Position numbers and translations under genes: made by a program. Positions 1-7,211 of a DNA stretch of 16,048 bases are shown here, one piece after another. Source of the stretch: a virus (Duplodnaviria > Heunggongvirae > Uroviricota > Caudoviricetes); IMG/VR virus record IMGVR_UViG_2548876955_000010. One strand, 5' to 3'. The number at the start of each line of letters is the position of its first letter. Within the stretch, counting starts at the first letter, position 1. A model generated the notes under the pieces. That model ran no database searches and was not told the origin of the DNA. It saw only the letters and a list, made by a program, of their open reading frames with translations.

Positions 1-1
1 A

Positions 2-1282
2 TTAATTTTTCATTGCTTCGTTATGGGGCATGGTTGGGGCAAACTCGCTTAACTGTGTATTTAACAAAGCTACCTGTGCATTATTGTTTTCAGACATCCA
101 TTTTCCGTATACCTGAAATACCATTTGCGCATCTGCATGGCCCATCTGGTTTGCTATAAATGCCGGGTTAGCACCAGCTGTCAGCGACCAGCAGGCATAA
201 GTATGTCTCGACTGATATGATTTTCGATGGCGGAGTCCGGCACGTTTTATCGCTGCGTCCCACATCTGCCTTATTGAGTCAACGGTAAAATGGTCACCAT
301 AATTTTTTACTCTCGCTGACACTTCAGGTTGAAAAACAAAGGTGCATTTTTGTTTTTCTGTTCTGCCATACTCTCTGAGGTGAACATCAATGATATGCTC
401 TTTGCTCAGTCTCGTTAATGTCATCTGACTCCGGAGAGCGTCGATTGCTGGCTTAATAAGATGAATGACCCGATTGGTTCCCGCCTGTGTTTTTGGTACC
501 GTGAAACGGTCTTTTGCTAAATTTCTCCTGATCATCATTGTTCCATTTTTCAGATCTATGTCCTCCCATCCAAGTGCACACAGCTCACCAGGGCGAACGC
601 CAGTATAAACAGAAACACACCATAAATTTTTTGCTTGCTGATTTCTGCACGCATCGATAAGACGGATAAATTCCTCCCGCGAAAGAGGATCCGGAATGGT
701 TCTTGATTCCTTTAATGGCGAGATCCCCTTAAACGGATTATCTGGCAGGTAACCGTTATCAACACCAAACTGGAACACGGCGTTAAGATTTGTCATGTAA
801 TTATTTACAGTTACAGCCGATCTCCCTGGTTGTGTAACAATATAGTTACTTTTGGGGATCTGGTATCCAGTCAGTAGCTCTTTACGAACCTCCAGTAATT
901 TTTCTTTATTAATCGATGAGGCAAGATTTTTTTCACCGATTATGCTCAGGATATTTTTGATGACGGCACGGTATGTGTTGAGTGATGTTTTGGCGACTTC
1001 AGTTTCTTTCAGTGCCAGAAATTTTTCAGCCAGTTCTTTTATGGTTAAATCTTGTCGGGCCTCACCAAATTTTTCCAGATTGCGTGAGGAGGGAAACTGT
1101 TTTGCATAGTCGAAAACACCAGTTTTTATTGCGTAACAAACAGAGGAGCGTAGTTCACCTGCAACGCGCCTGTTTTTTGCTGTGTCAGGAACCCCCAGAT
1201 TTTCCCTGACTCTTACGCCTTTATAAACAAACCAGATACGTAATTTCCCTCCATGGTTTTCCACGCCTGTCGGATATTTCAT
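2..1282 (-). CDS. int: Phage tyrosine integrase (site-specific recombinase); C-terminus abuts the window edge
   Basis: Long minus-strand ORF (track 2..1297). Translation has integrase-like C-terminal catalytic region (…RHTYACWSLTAGANPAFIANQMGHADAQMVFQVYGKWMSE, conserved R/H/Y context). Start placed at internal ATG 1282 (MKYPTG…); the upstream ATG at 1297 is an alternative. Product assignment from family knowledge, not a search. Confidence 0.88.
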   Translation of the reverse strand: MKYPTGVENHGGKLRIWFVYKGVRVRENLGVPDTAKNRRVAGELRSSVCYAIKTGVFDYAKQFPSSRNLEKFGEARQDLTIKELAEKFLALKETEVAKTSLNTYRAVIKNILSIIGEKNLASSINKEKLLEVRKELLTGYQIPKSNYIVTQPGRSAVTVNNYMTNLNAVFQFGVDNGYLPDNPFKGISPLKESRTIPDPLSREEFIRLIDACRNQQAKNLWCVSVYTGVRPGELCALGWEDIDLKNGTMMIRRNLAKDRFTVPKTQAGTNRVIHLIKPAIDALRSQMTLTRLSKEHIIDVHLREYGRTEKQKCTFVFQPEVSARVKNYGDHFTVDSIRQMWDAAIKRAGLRHRKSYQSRHTYACWSLTAGANPAFIANQMGHADAQMVFQVYGKWMSENNNAQVALLNTQLSEFAPTMPHNEAMKN

Positions 1283-1316
1283 TTCAACTTCTCTCATTAG
1301 TTAGTGTGGCTTTTAG

Positions 1317-1568
1317 TCAAGTAAGATGACGTCTTGGTCTCGCTGATGCCTGGCGCTCAATCCAGCGATCAATTTCTTCCAGGTTGTAAAAGCATGGACT
1401 GTTATCCCATGGCATACCGTCATGAGCGACATGCTTATATTCCCTTCCTTCCATAAACGATTTTTCCCGGGCCTTTTTTAACGTACCTTTTTTTATTCCT
1501 TTCAGCGCAATTAACTGCTCTTCGGATACCCATTTGCCGGGAGAGACAATCATGATTACTTCGCTCAT
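1317..1568 (-). CDS. Small excisionase-like / recombination directionality protein (putative)
   Basis: 83-aa basic ORF immediately upstream of and co-oriented with int, the classic xis-int arrangement. No specific motif recognised; function inferred from position and size. Confidence 0.6.
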   Translation of the reverse strand: MSEVIMIVSPGKWVSEEQLIALKGIKKGTLKKAREKSFMEGREYKHVAHDGMPWDNSPCFYNLEEIDRWIERQASARPRRHLT

Positions 1569-1640
1569 CGATTTCTTTATCTCTTACATCAGACGAGCGC
1601 CGGTTGCAGAATACCAGTCACAACCGGCGACAGTTGAACA

Positions 1641-4112
1641 TTAAGAATCAGCCTGACTCGGGATCAGTTTTTGCCAGATAACTGAAACGTATTTTGCCTG
1701 GTAACGGGCGTCATCAAGTGCATTATGGCGCTCACCTTCGAATGGAATAGCCGTTCTGGCATCGAAGTCTATGGCTTTCCCCAGCTCAACGATTGTGCGT
1801 ACATCGCGATCGTTGTAGTAACGCCACGGGCAGGGGATCCCCTGCCGTTCGTATGAACGGCGCAAAATCGTGTTGTCGAAGTTGGCTCCATTTCCCCAGA
1901 CCTGAACAAAAAATTCACCGGAGTTTTCGTCGATAAATTCCCGCAATTGTAACAGTGCATCATCTAACGGGATTTCATCGGTCATAATGGCAGATTGCGC
2001 TTCGCGTGATTGCTTAAGCCACCATTTAATGGTGTCCCGATCAATGACTCCGCCAGCAGTTTCCAGATCGATAGTCTTACTAAATTCCGGTCCCATATCT
2101 CCGGTTTGCGGATCGAAAAATATTGCACCTATTGAGATGATCGGGGCATCAGGATTTTTTCCCATGGTTTCAAGGTCGATCATTAGATGGTCACACGTCC
2201 TGCTGGTGGATGTGATTTCGTGATGACCGTTCACCTTAATTGAGTGATCTGCCGTCTCGCCAGTTTCATTATCGCTATCGTGATGCTGATTGCCGCCAGT
2301 GTTCTCCTTGTGTGGATGTTCAGCGCCTTCCATTTCCTTCGGATCATCTTCCTGAACTTCAACCTGATACTCTTCATCGAATGTTTCCTGGTATGTTGCG
2401 TCGCCCATCACCGCGCCACAATCAGGGCAGTTGCCGCCGCCGGTCTGACCGCAGGCGGTGCAGACTTTTTCCACTTCCTGTTGCGCCACTGGTTCAGGCT
2501 GTTTCGTTTCTGGCTCGTTTTGTAACGCATTTGGGCTGTTTTGTTCCGCTTTTTGGTAGTTCCGTTCCGATTCATGCTGGTTCTGGTTCACAGAATCGCG
2601 GGTCTGGATCCCCTTAACCCATTTCGGATCATTCGGGTCACTAATCCCTTCAACAAATTCACCACGTGATGCAGCAAGCAACTTATCGGCGTCAGGCTGG
2701 CTGATATTGGCTGCCTGCATAATTTTGTTTACTTCGTCAGCGGTAACTTTTATCGGTTCTGGTTGTTCTGAATCTTCAGCGGTATCTACATTTTGCGGTA
2801 AGCCCGTGTATGTGCCATTTTTTCGGGCAAAATATTCTTCTTTAGTGATTTCAGTGGCGCCAGCAGCCAGTGCCTTATCCAGACCAGAAAGTTTGTTTGC
2901 GCGACCGTATTTTTCTCCGTCCTTATCTGCGAAGAGGAAATAGAACGGCCCCTCACGCTCTACAGATGGTTCAGCTTCCGGCGCGGTTTCATTTTTTGGG
3001 ATATCAGATACCTCAGTTTCCACTGCATCAGTTTGTGTTTCTGATGACTGGAGAACATCAACAGTGCCCAGGTCTGTTTCTTCATTCTCAAACACGCCCT
3101 TTGTCGTCAGGTATTCGCAGATATATTTGTTCAGTGCTACGGGTTCTTTGTGAATGTCGATCGGACGCTCACGGACAAGGCCAAAAATAGTTTGGCGGTC
3201 GTAGCGAAGGGCATCAGGCTGTTTGCGCATTGATGCCGAGATACGCTTCCAGTCTTCGCGGTCGTTGTCGATAACTTCTTTTTTTGCCCAGCGATGGATG
3301 CTGCCGTCAATGTTTCCGGCATCCACATCACCAGGCCAGAGAGCGTAGGCCAGTTCGTCATCCAGTGTTTTCCATGTCTGCTTGTATTCGCGATGAATGG
3401 CAGCAATGACCGGGCTGATTTTTCCTGTTGAATTTTCAGTGTACTGTTGATTGGCTCTGGTGCGGGCGAGATCAACAACAGACGTGTATTTTCCGGTTCC
3501 CTTGCGTTCACCTTCGCGACGTTTTTTCCAGATGCGCATCTCTGCCTGAATTTCGGGCCATTTAGCACCAGGAATACATTTATGCTTAACCCACCCAATG
3601 GCGTGCAACTTAAGCTCCGGATACATGGCGTTAACTTCTGGCATTTTCATCAACGCTTCAACGATATGTCCGTCGAATGTTGCCATGTCTTCCTGCAACA
3701 ATTCCTGTGCGCTAATAACCATATCAACGGTGATGTTTTCACATGTGTCGAACTTAACCATGACAGCGTTCTGTACTTCAGGGGCCAGCTTGTCAAAAGT
3801 GACGTTCATCGGATCGGATTCAGTCTCAACCGGGACAAAAGAAGCAGACTCCTCATCCCAGCGGTTTTCCTGCATATATTCAGCATCCCATGAATCGAGG
3901 GCAGGGCGGGGTATGCCAGGTTTATCCTCGCAGACAATAAATTTATAAGCGCAGTCCTGAGCAGCCGGATAATGTTCCAGGAATTGCCAGTGAAATTTTG
4001 CTCGAGCACGGCGTTCGTCGCCAGCTTCAATGGCTGTGGCTACAGCCACAGCGCCTTCTTCCCTTGTTGCCAGTTCGTCAGGAATAGCGGCGCAAATAAA
4101 GACTTTACTCAT
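1641..4112 (-). CDS. Exodeoxyribonuclease VIII-like protein (RecE/YdfE family), intact 823 aa, with C-terminal DnaQ-like DEDDh exonuclease-like region
   Basis: 823-aa ORF with GAGG RBS about 8 nt before ATG 4112. C-terminal part has MIDLETMG…H…ALDDAR-type acidic motifs typical of DEDD 3'-5' exonucleases. Cys cluster VCTACGQTGGGNCPDCG (C-x2-C-x8-C-x2-C). N-terminus resembles what I recall of the truncated K-12 Qin ydfE product. Confidence 0.85.
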   Translation of the reverse strand: MSKVFICAAIPDELATREEGAVAVATAIEAGDERRARAKFHWQFLEHYPAAQDCAYKFIVCEDKPGIPRPALDSWDAEYMQENRWDEESASFVPVETESDPMNVTFDKLAPEVQNAVMVKFDTCENITVDMVISAQELLQEDMATFDGHIVEALMKMPEVNAMYPELKLHAIGWVKHKCIPGAKWPEIQAEMRIWKKRREGERKGTGKYTSVVDLARTRANQQYTENSTGKISPVIAAIHREYKQTWKTLDDELAYALWPGDVDAGNIDGSIHRWAKKEVIDNDREDWKRISASMRKQPDALRYDRQTIFGLVRERPIDIHKEPVALNKYICEYLTTKGVFENEETDLGTVDVLQSSETQTDAVETEVSDIPKNETAPEAEPSVEREGPFYFLFADKDGEKYGRANKLSGLDKALAAGATEITKEEYFARKNGTYTGLPQNVDTAEDSEQPEPIKVTADEVNKIMQAANISQPDADKLLAASRGEFVEGISDPNDPKWVKGIQTRDSVNQNQHESERNYQKAEQNSPNALQNEPETKQPEPVAQQEVEKVCTACGQTGGGNCPDCGAVMGDATYQETFDEEYQVEVQEDDPKEMEGAEHPHKENTGGNQHHDSDNETGETADHSIKVNGHHEITSTSRTCDHLMIDLETMGKNPDAPIISIGAIFFDPQTGDMGPEFSKTIDLETAGGVIDRDTIKWWLKQSREAQSAIMTDEIPLDDALLQLREFIDENSGEFFVQVWGNGANFDNTILRRSYERQGIPCPWRYYNDRDVRTIVELGKAIDFDARTAIPFEGERHNALDDARYQAKYVSVIWQKLIPSQADS

Positions 4113-4205
4113 TTTGTTTTAACCTCATGACAGATTTAAGGATGAACAAATCCCTGCCATTGCTGGCATATAAGAATGAAACCGGATATTTATTACGGAA
4201 CTGTT

Positions 4206-4397
4206 TTAAAGACCTGCCGGGATTTCGATATTATCCTGGTGAATAACTTTATCGACCGGGTAACAGTTACCGGGAATTTTCTGTTCGGTTGCTGCAGTCA
4301 TACACTCCTGCATTGTCCTGTGAACACTGACTGCAATATCAACTGGCACTCCGGAAACAAGAAAAACTGTCAGAACAAGCGCAAATGCTGAATTCAT
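4206..4397 (-). CDS. ydfD: YdfD-like small lysis protein with N-terminal hydrophobic segment (63 aa)
   Basis: Start ATG 4397 overlaps the dicB stop in an ATGA junction (translational coupling). AAGGA RBS. Hydrophobic N-terminus MNSAFALVLTVFLVSGVP. Size and position match Qin ydfD. Confidence 0.75.
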   Translation of the reverse strand: MNSAFALVLTVFLVSGVPVDIAVSVHRTMQECMTAATEQKIPGNCYPVDKVIHQDNIEIPAGL

Positions 4398-4582
4398 TGT
4401 GCACATCCTTTTGGCATCAGACGTAAACGAGCCAGCATTGAAACAATGCATATTTTATTTAATAGCTCCCGTTCTTGTTTTCTCTTGTTAATGGCATCTT
4501 CAGTAAATACAGGGTTACTGATAGTGACACCAATTTCAAAACAACCTTCAGACGTATTAACGTTTGGTAATAACGTTTTCAT
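4394..4582 (-). CDS. dicB: Cell division inhibitor DicB (62 aa; MinC-dependent division inhibitor)
   Basis: Translation MKTLLPNVNTSEGCFEIGVTISNPVFTEDAINKRKQERELLNKICIVSMLARLRLMPKGCAQ, 62 aa. GAGGA RBS 8 nt upstream. Lies immediately downstream of DicF, as in the Qin dicB operon. Confidence 0.88.
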   Translation of the reverse strand: MKTLLPNVNTSEGCFEIGVTISNPVFTEDAINKRKQERELLNKICIVSMLARLRLMPKGCAQ

Positions 4583-4751
4583 TATCGCGTCCTCAACAAT
4601 GAATTTTGTGATGCAGTGCCTGGTGCCTCCAGGTGACGTTAACCAGTTAACAATTAACGTCGGATACAGAGAATCCACCCATAACACTGTTTTTGGTTTT
4701 AACTGTTCCGCGTGCGCTTAGCCGCATTCACCGCATCACAAAATTCACTTT

Positions 4752-4809
4752 AAAAACGGCGGCAGAGCAGTCACGGAGTAAAACTGATACCGCCAAACGT
4801 CACCAGAAA
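4752..4809 (-). ncRNA. dicF: DicF small regulatory RNA (ftsZ-targeting sRNA of the dicB operon)
   Basis: Minus-strand sequence TTTCTGGTGACGTTTGGCGGTATCAGTTTTACTCCGTGACTGCTCTGCCGCCGTTTTT matches the DicF sequence as I recall it, including the GGCGG/CCGCC stem and 3' U-tract. Ends are approximate. Confidence 0.85.
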
Positions 4810-5068
4810 ATTGATAACAGAGGGCGTTGCAGCGGGGTTGTCACTTAAGCGTATGGTCAACCTGACAACCCGGTGTCATCAACGGGGAAGGAATAACCCC
4901 GCCATACTTACCGCCGCGCCATTTTGCGGGTTGCCACAACCGGAAGCGCACGGTCGAATTAAATTTAACGACACCGTACAGTGAGACGAACTTCGCCGTG
5001 CGCTTTCGTGTTGTGTGCCTGCTTTTAACCACGTCAGGCGAGGTGGTATCCTTAAAATCACCACAGTT

Positions 5069-5644
5069 TTAAGGATTCATTAAGCAATGTCGCAACCACC
5101 AATAAATCCGCTTAAGAACATGAAAATTGATTACTGGTATAAAGCGCTTACAGTTGTTGGCGCTGCGTTGTTTGTCTTTAATGGAACGTCTTTTTTTGAC
5201 AGATATCCCGTTGTTCCATTGGGTTTTTTGTCCTCCGGCATCTTTTTTATTGGTTTGGGGGAGTGGATTAATCACCCTCTCAAAGTGAGATTTATTGGTC
5301 CTGGAGTTTGGACTCGTGGATATAATCGTTCTTCGTGCGCACTCGGTATCATCTTCGACATACTTGGTTGTTTCCTGATTGTTACAGGAGTCGTCAAGTT
5401 CTTCTGATGTAAAACCGCAAATGGGGCACGTAACGGGAATTTTGAAAAGCGTTTCTCCGGGTTCCAGAACAAAATTTTCTGCGGTCTGATTTTGCTTCTC
5501 ATATTTGTGCTCCGCGTCATTGTGAGAGCACATTCTTATTCTGAGTGCCTGTTTAAACTCACTGAAGCTGAGAGCTTCTTCGCCTTCGGCAAGGCCTTCG
5601 AAGTATTCTTCGTAAGCCTTTTCCATGATTGTGTCGAAATCCAT
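5069..5644 (-). CDS. YdfB/YdfC-like protein (fused reading frame; C-terminal extent uncertain)
   Basis: Start ATG 5644 lies 2 nt after the ydfA-like stop. N-terminus MDFDTIMEKAYEEYFEGLAEGEEALSFSEFKQAL…HNDAEHKYEKQNQTAENFVLEPGETLFKIPVTCPICGF resembles YdfB followed by YdfC as one continuous frame. The distal about 65 aa are low-complexity K/R/N-rich and overlap a plus-strand membrane ORF, so the true 3' end is uncertain. Confidence 0.6.
   Translation of the reverse strand: MDFDTIMEKAYEEYFEGLAEGEEALSFSEFKQALRIRMCSHNDAEHKYEKQNQTAENFVLEPGETLFKIPVTCPICGFTSEELDDSCNNQETTKYVEDDTECARRTIISTSPNSRTNKSHFERVINPLPQTNKKDAGGQKTQWNNGISVKKRRSIKDKQRSANNCKRFIPVINFHVLKRIYWWLRHCLMNP
5087..5407 (+). CDS. Alternative call: hypothetical small membrane protein (about 3 predicted TM segments), antisense to the ydfB/C-like tail
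   Basis: 106-aa ORF with three hydrophobic stretches (ALTVVGAALFVF; LGFLSSGIFFIGLGEWI; ALGIIFDILGCFLIVTGVV). AAGGA about 12 nt upstream of the ATG. Conflicts with the minus-strand ORF; only one of the two is likely translated over this span. Confidence 0.3.
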   Translation: MSQPPINPLKNMKIDYWYKALTVVGAALFVFNGTSFFDRYPVVPLGFLSSGIFFIGLGEWINHPLKVRFIGPGVWTRGYNRSSCALGIIFDILGCFLIVTGVVKFF

Positions 5645-5645
5645 A

Positions 5646-5801
5646 TCACTCACCTGAGTTTCTTTCCAGCCAGCGACGGGCACCATTTTCGGTTTTAAAC
5701 GTTTTGCTTTTGGTATACGTCATCGCGGTGAACGTGCCGTCCTGGTTGGGGAACACGCCACATACCAGAGATTCGCTGTTGCCAAGATCGATAGTATCCA
5801 T
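5646..5801 (-). CDS. ydfA: YdfA-like small protein (51 aa)
   Basis: Internal ATG 5801 with GAGG 8 nt upstream. Translation MDTIDLGNSESLVCGVFPNQDGTFTAMTYTKSKTFKTENGARRWLERNSGE. First gene of the leftward operon downstream of the dicA-like repressor. Confidence 0.78.
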   Translation of the reverse strand: MDTIDLGNSESLVCGVFPNQDGTFTAMTYTKSKTFKTENGARRWLERNSGE

Positions 5802-5882
5802 GCTGACCTCATTTCCCCTTAACGCCGGGGTAGCGGAACTGTTTGCTGAGAACACCGTGCGGTGTCTTGATGGAGGTAATTT

Positions 5883-5936
5883 AGTTTTCTCATTATTTTT
5901 CGTCAAGGTTTTTTGATGAGAAAACTCAAGTATTGG
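5883..5936. promoter_or_regulatory. Putative DicA operator copies / leftward dicB-operon promoter region
   Basis: Palindromic element TGAGAAAACTCA at 5917..5928, within a 19-mer GAGAAAACTCAAGTATTGG (5918..5936) nearly repeated at 6454..6471. An inverted partial copy AGTTTTCTCAT at 5883..5893. Located between the dicA-like stop and the ydfA-like start. Confidence 0.5.
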
Positions 5937-5993
5937 CGCAAGATAAAGCCAATACATTGAAATGTAAGGCTTTAAAATTTTGTGAAGGGATGA

Positions 5994-6401
5994 TTATTGA
6001 TGCTTGTTGCGTTTGCGAGCCTCTAATAGCTCGGTGAACAGGCGATTAAAATTCTCAACGCGGGCGCGGAGTTCGCTGAGTTGTGCTTGTTGCTCTGATT
6101 TAGGAAGTGCGCGATACAAACGCAGCATCTCTAACTCATCTTCCGATAAGTCTAAGGCACTATCGAGTGAAACAGGGGGAGCTGGTGTTTTGTCCTCGTC
6201 GCCAAACAGTATCCAGGTTGGTGAACATTGCAATACCTCGGCGAGGCGATGCAAATTTTGCCCGCGCGGGGCTGTATGGTCACTTTCCCATAATGAAATT
6301 GATGAGCCAGATACGCCAGCAGCTTTGCTTAAACCGTTTTGACTTAAGCCTACCTGCTTACGTCTTTCTCTAATGCGTTGACCTAAAGTTTTCTCGTTCA
6401 T
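5994..6401 (-). CDS. dicA: DicA-like XRE-family HTH repressor (135 aa), prophage immunity repressor analogue
   Basis: Start at internal ATG 6401 (MNEKTLGQRIRERRKQVGLSQNGLSKAAGVS… HTH motif). Conserved …VLQCSPTWILFGDEDK… segment characteristic of DicA as I recall it. Divergent from the Cro-like gene. Confidence 0.85.
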   Translation of the reverse strand: MNEKTLGQRIRERRKQVGLSQNGLSKAAGVSGSSISLWESDHTAPRGQNLHRLAEVLQCSPTWILFGDEDKTPAPPVSLDSALDLSEDELEMLRLYRALPKSEQQAQLSELRARVENFNRLFTELLEARKRNKHQ

Positions 6402-6478
6402 ATTTAGATATCTTAATAACCCTTGACTTGAGATTCCTTGAGTGATTAGCATTGAGAAAACTCAATATTGGAGGTGCG
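6402..6478. promoter_or_regulatory. Divergent dicA/dicC promoter-operator region with perfect palindrome ATTGAGAAAACTCAAT
   Basis: 77-bp intergenic region. 16-bp perfect palindrome at 6451..6466. TTGACT -35-like hexamer at 6423..6428 with TAGCAT -10-like about 18 bp downstream. GGAGGT SD at 6470..6475 for dicC. Confidence 0.6.
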
Positions 6479-6706
6479 ATGTTTAAATCAGACGTAATTA
6501 ATTTTTACGGTACGAAAGCCAAAGTAGCGAAAGCTGCTGGCGTTGACCCATCTGCTGTTTCTCAATGGCAAGAGCTGGTTCCTGAAGGTCGCGCGATGCG
6601 TCTACAGGAGGCATCTGGCGGCGAGCTTCTGTATGATCCCAAGGTTTATGACGAATATCGTAAGACGAAGCGGGCGGGGCGGTTGAACAATGAAAATCAC
6701 TCCTGA
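6479..6706 (+). CDS. dicC: DicC-like Cro-type regulator (75 aa)
   Basis: ATG 6479 with GGAGGT RBS. Translation MFKSDVINFYGTKAKVAKAAGVDPSAVSQWQELVPEGRAMRLQEASGGELLYDPKVYDEYRKTKRAGRLNNENHS; the C-terminal half matches what I recall of DicC. The track ORF starts upstream at 6452 but lacks an RBS there. Confidence 0.85.
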   Translation: MFKSDVINFYGTKAKVAKAAGVDPSAVSQWQELVPEGRAMRLQEASGGELLYDPKVYDEYRKTKRAGRLNNENHS

Positions 6707-7211
6707 ACAGGCTCGTGAGGCTCTGGATGCCTGGATATGTCGACCAGGAATGACACAGGAGCAGGCGACGATATTAATCACTGAAGCATTCTGGGCTTTG
6801 AAAGAGCGCCCGAACATCGATGTTCAGCGTGTCACATATGAAGGTGGCGCGGTTGATCAGCGAGCGCTTAGCGTTAATCGAGTGAAGATATTCGAACGCT
6901 GGAAGGCTATCGACACCAGGGATAAGCGTGAAAAGTTCACAGCGCTAGTGCCTGCAATTATGGAGGCTATCCGGATTAGTGATTTCAGGTTGTATCGTGA
7001 GATCAGTGATGGAAAAAGTATTACGTACATGATCGCCGGGTTAAATAAAGAATATGGCGATGTGGTGGAATCCGGACTGCTTTTTGCAGATCCTGCCGTT
7101 GTAGATCGTGAAACTGACGAACTTATAGAAAAAGCAATTGCTTTCAAGCTTGCGTATCGACAGCAATACCAACAAAAAGCTGGATGGAATTATGAGTCTT
7201 CTTTTTGCTGA
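6690..7211 (+). CDS. CII-like / YdaT-family regulator (putative)
   Basis: 173-aa ORF overlapping the dicC stop by 17 nt, in the position where lambdoid phages carry cII. Family assignment is by position and size only; no diagnostic motif confirmed. Confidence 0.65.
   Translation: MKITPEQAREALDAWICRPGMTQEQATILITEAFWALKERPNIDVQRVTYEGGAVDQRALSVNRVKIFERWKAIDTRDKREKFTALVPAIMEAIRISDFRLYREISDGKSITYMIAGLNKEYGDVVESGLLFADPAVVDRETDELIEKAIAFKLAYRQQYQQKAGWNYESSFC

Noticed and set aside
852-1209. Plus-strand ORFs 852..1109 and 982..1209 inside the integrase gene
   Set aside because: Fully antisense to a well-supported integrase; no RBS; low-complexity translations. Shadow ORFs.
1590-1625. Inverted repeat GCCGGTTG…CAACCGGC between the exonuclease stop and the xis-like gene
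   Set aside because: 8-bp stem with a 14-nt loop and no U-tract on either strand; cannot be assigned as a terminator or operator from sequence alone.
1769-4030. Ten internal or antisense ORFs (61-153 aa) within 1769..4030 on both strands
   Set aside because: All lie inside the 823-aa exonuclease gene; translations are Cys/Arg/Ser-rich or frame-shifted shadows with no RBS. The long minus-strand frame explains the region.
4176-4721. Plus-strand ORFs 4176..4391 and 4446..4721
   Set aside because: Antisense to the ydfD-like and dicB genes, which have RBSs, coupled ATGA overlap and recognisable products.
4841-5064. Minus-strand ORFs 4841..5032 and 4879..5064 in the interval between the ydfB/C-like gene and DicF
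   Set aside because: No RBS, Arg/Gly-rich translations; the region is more likely the untranslated spacer/processing region of the dicB operon transcript that yields DicF.
5272-5957. ORFs 5272..5520 (-), 5492..5698 (+), 5629..5916 (+), and the N-terminal extension of 5646..5957 (-)
   Set aside because: Alternative frames or antisense overlaps of the ydfA-like and ydfB/C-like genes; the upstream extension of the ydfA-like frame lacks an RBS whereas the internal ATG 5801 has one.
6004-6373. Plus-strand ORFs 6004..6342 and 6107..6373
   Set aside because: Antisense to the dicA-like repressor gene; Ser/Arg-rich, no RBS.
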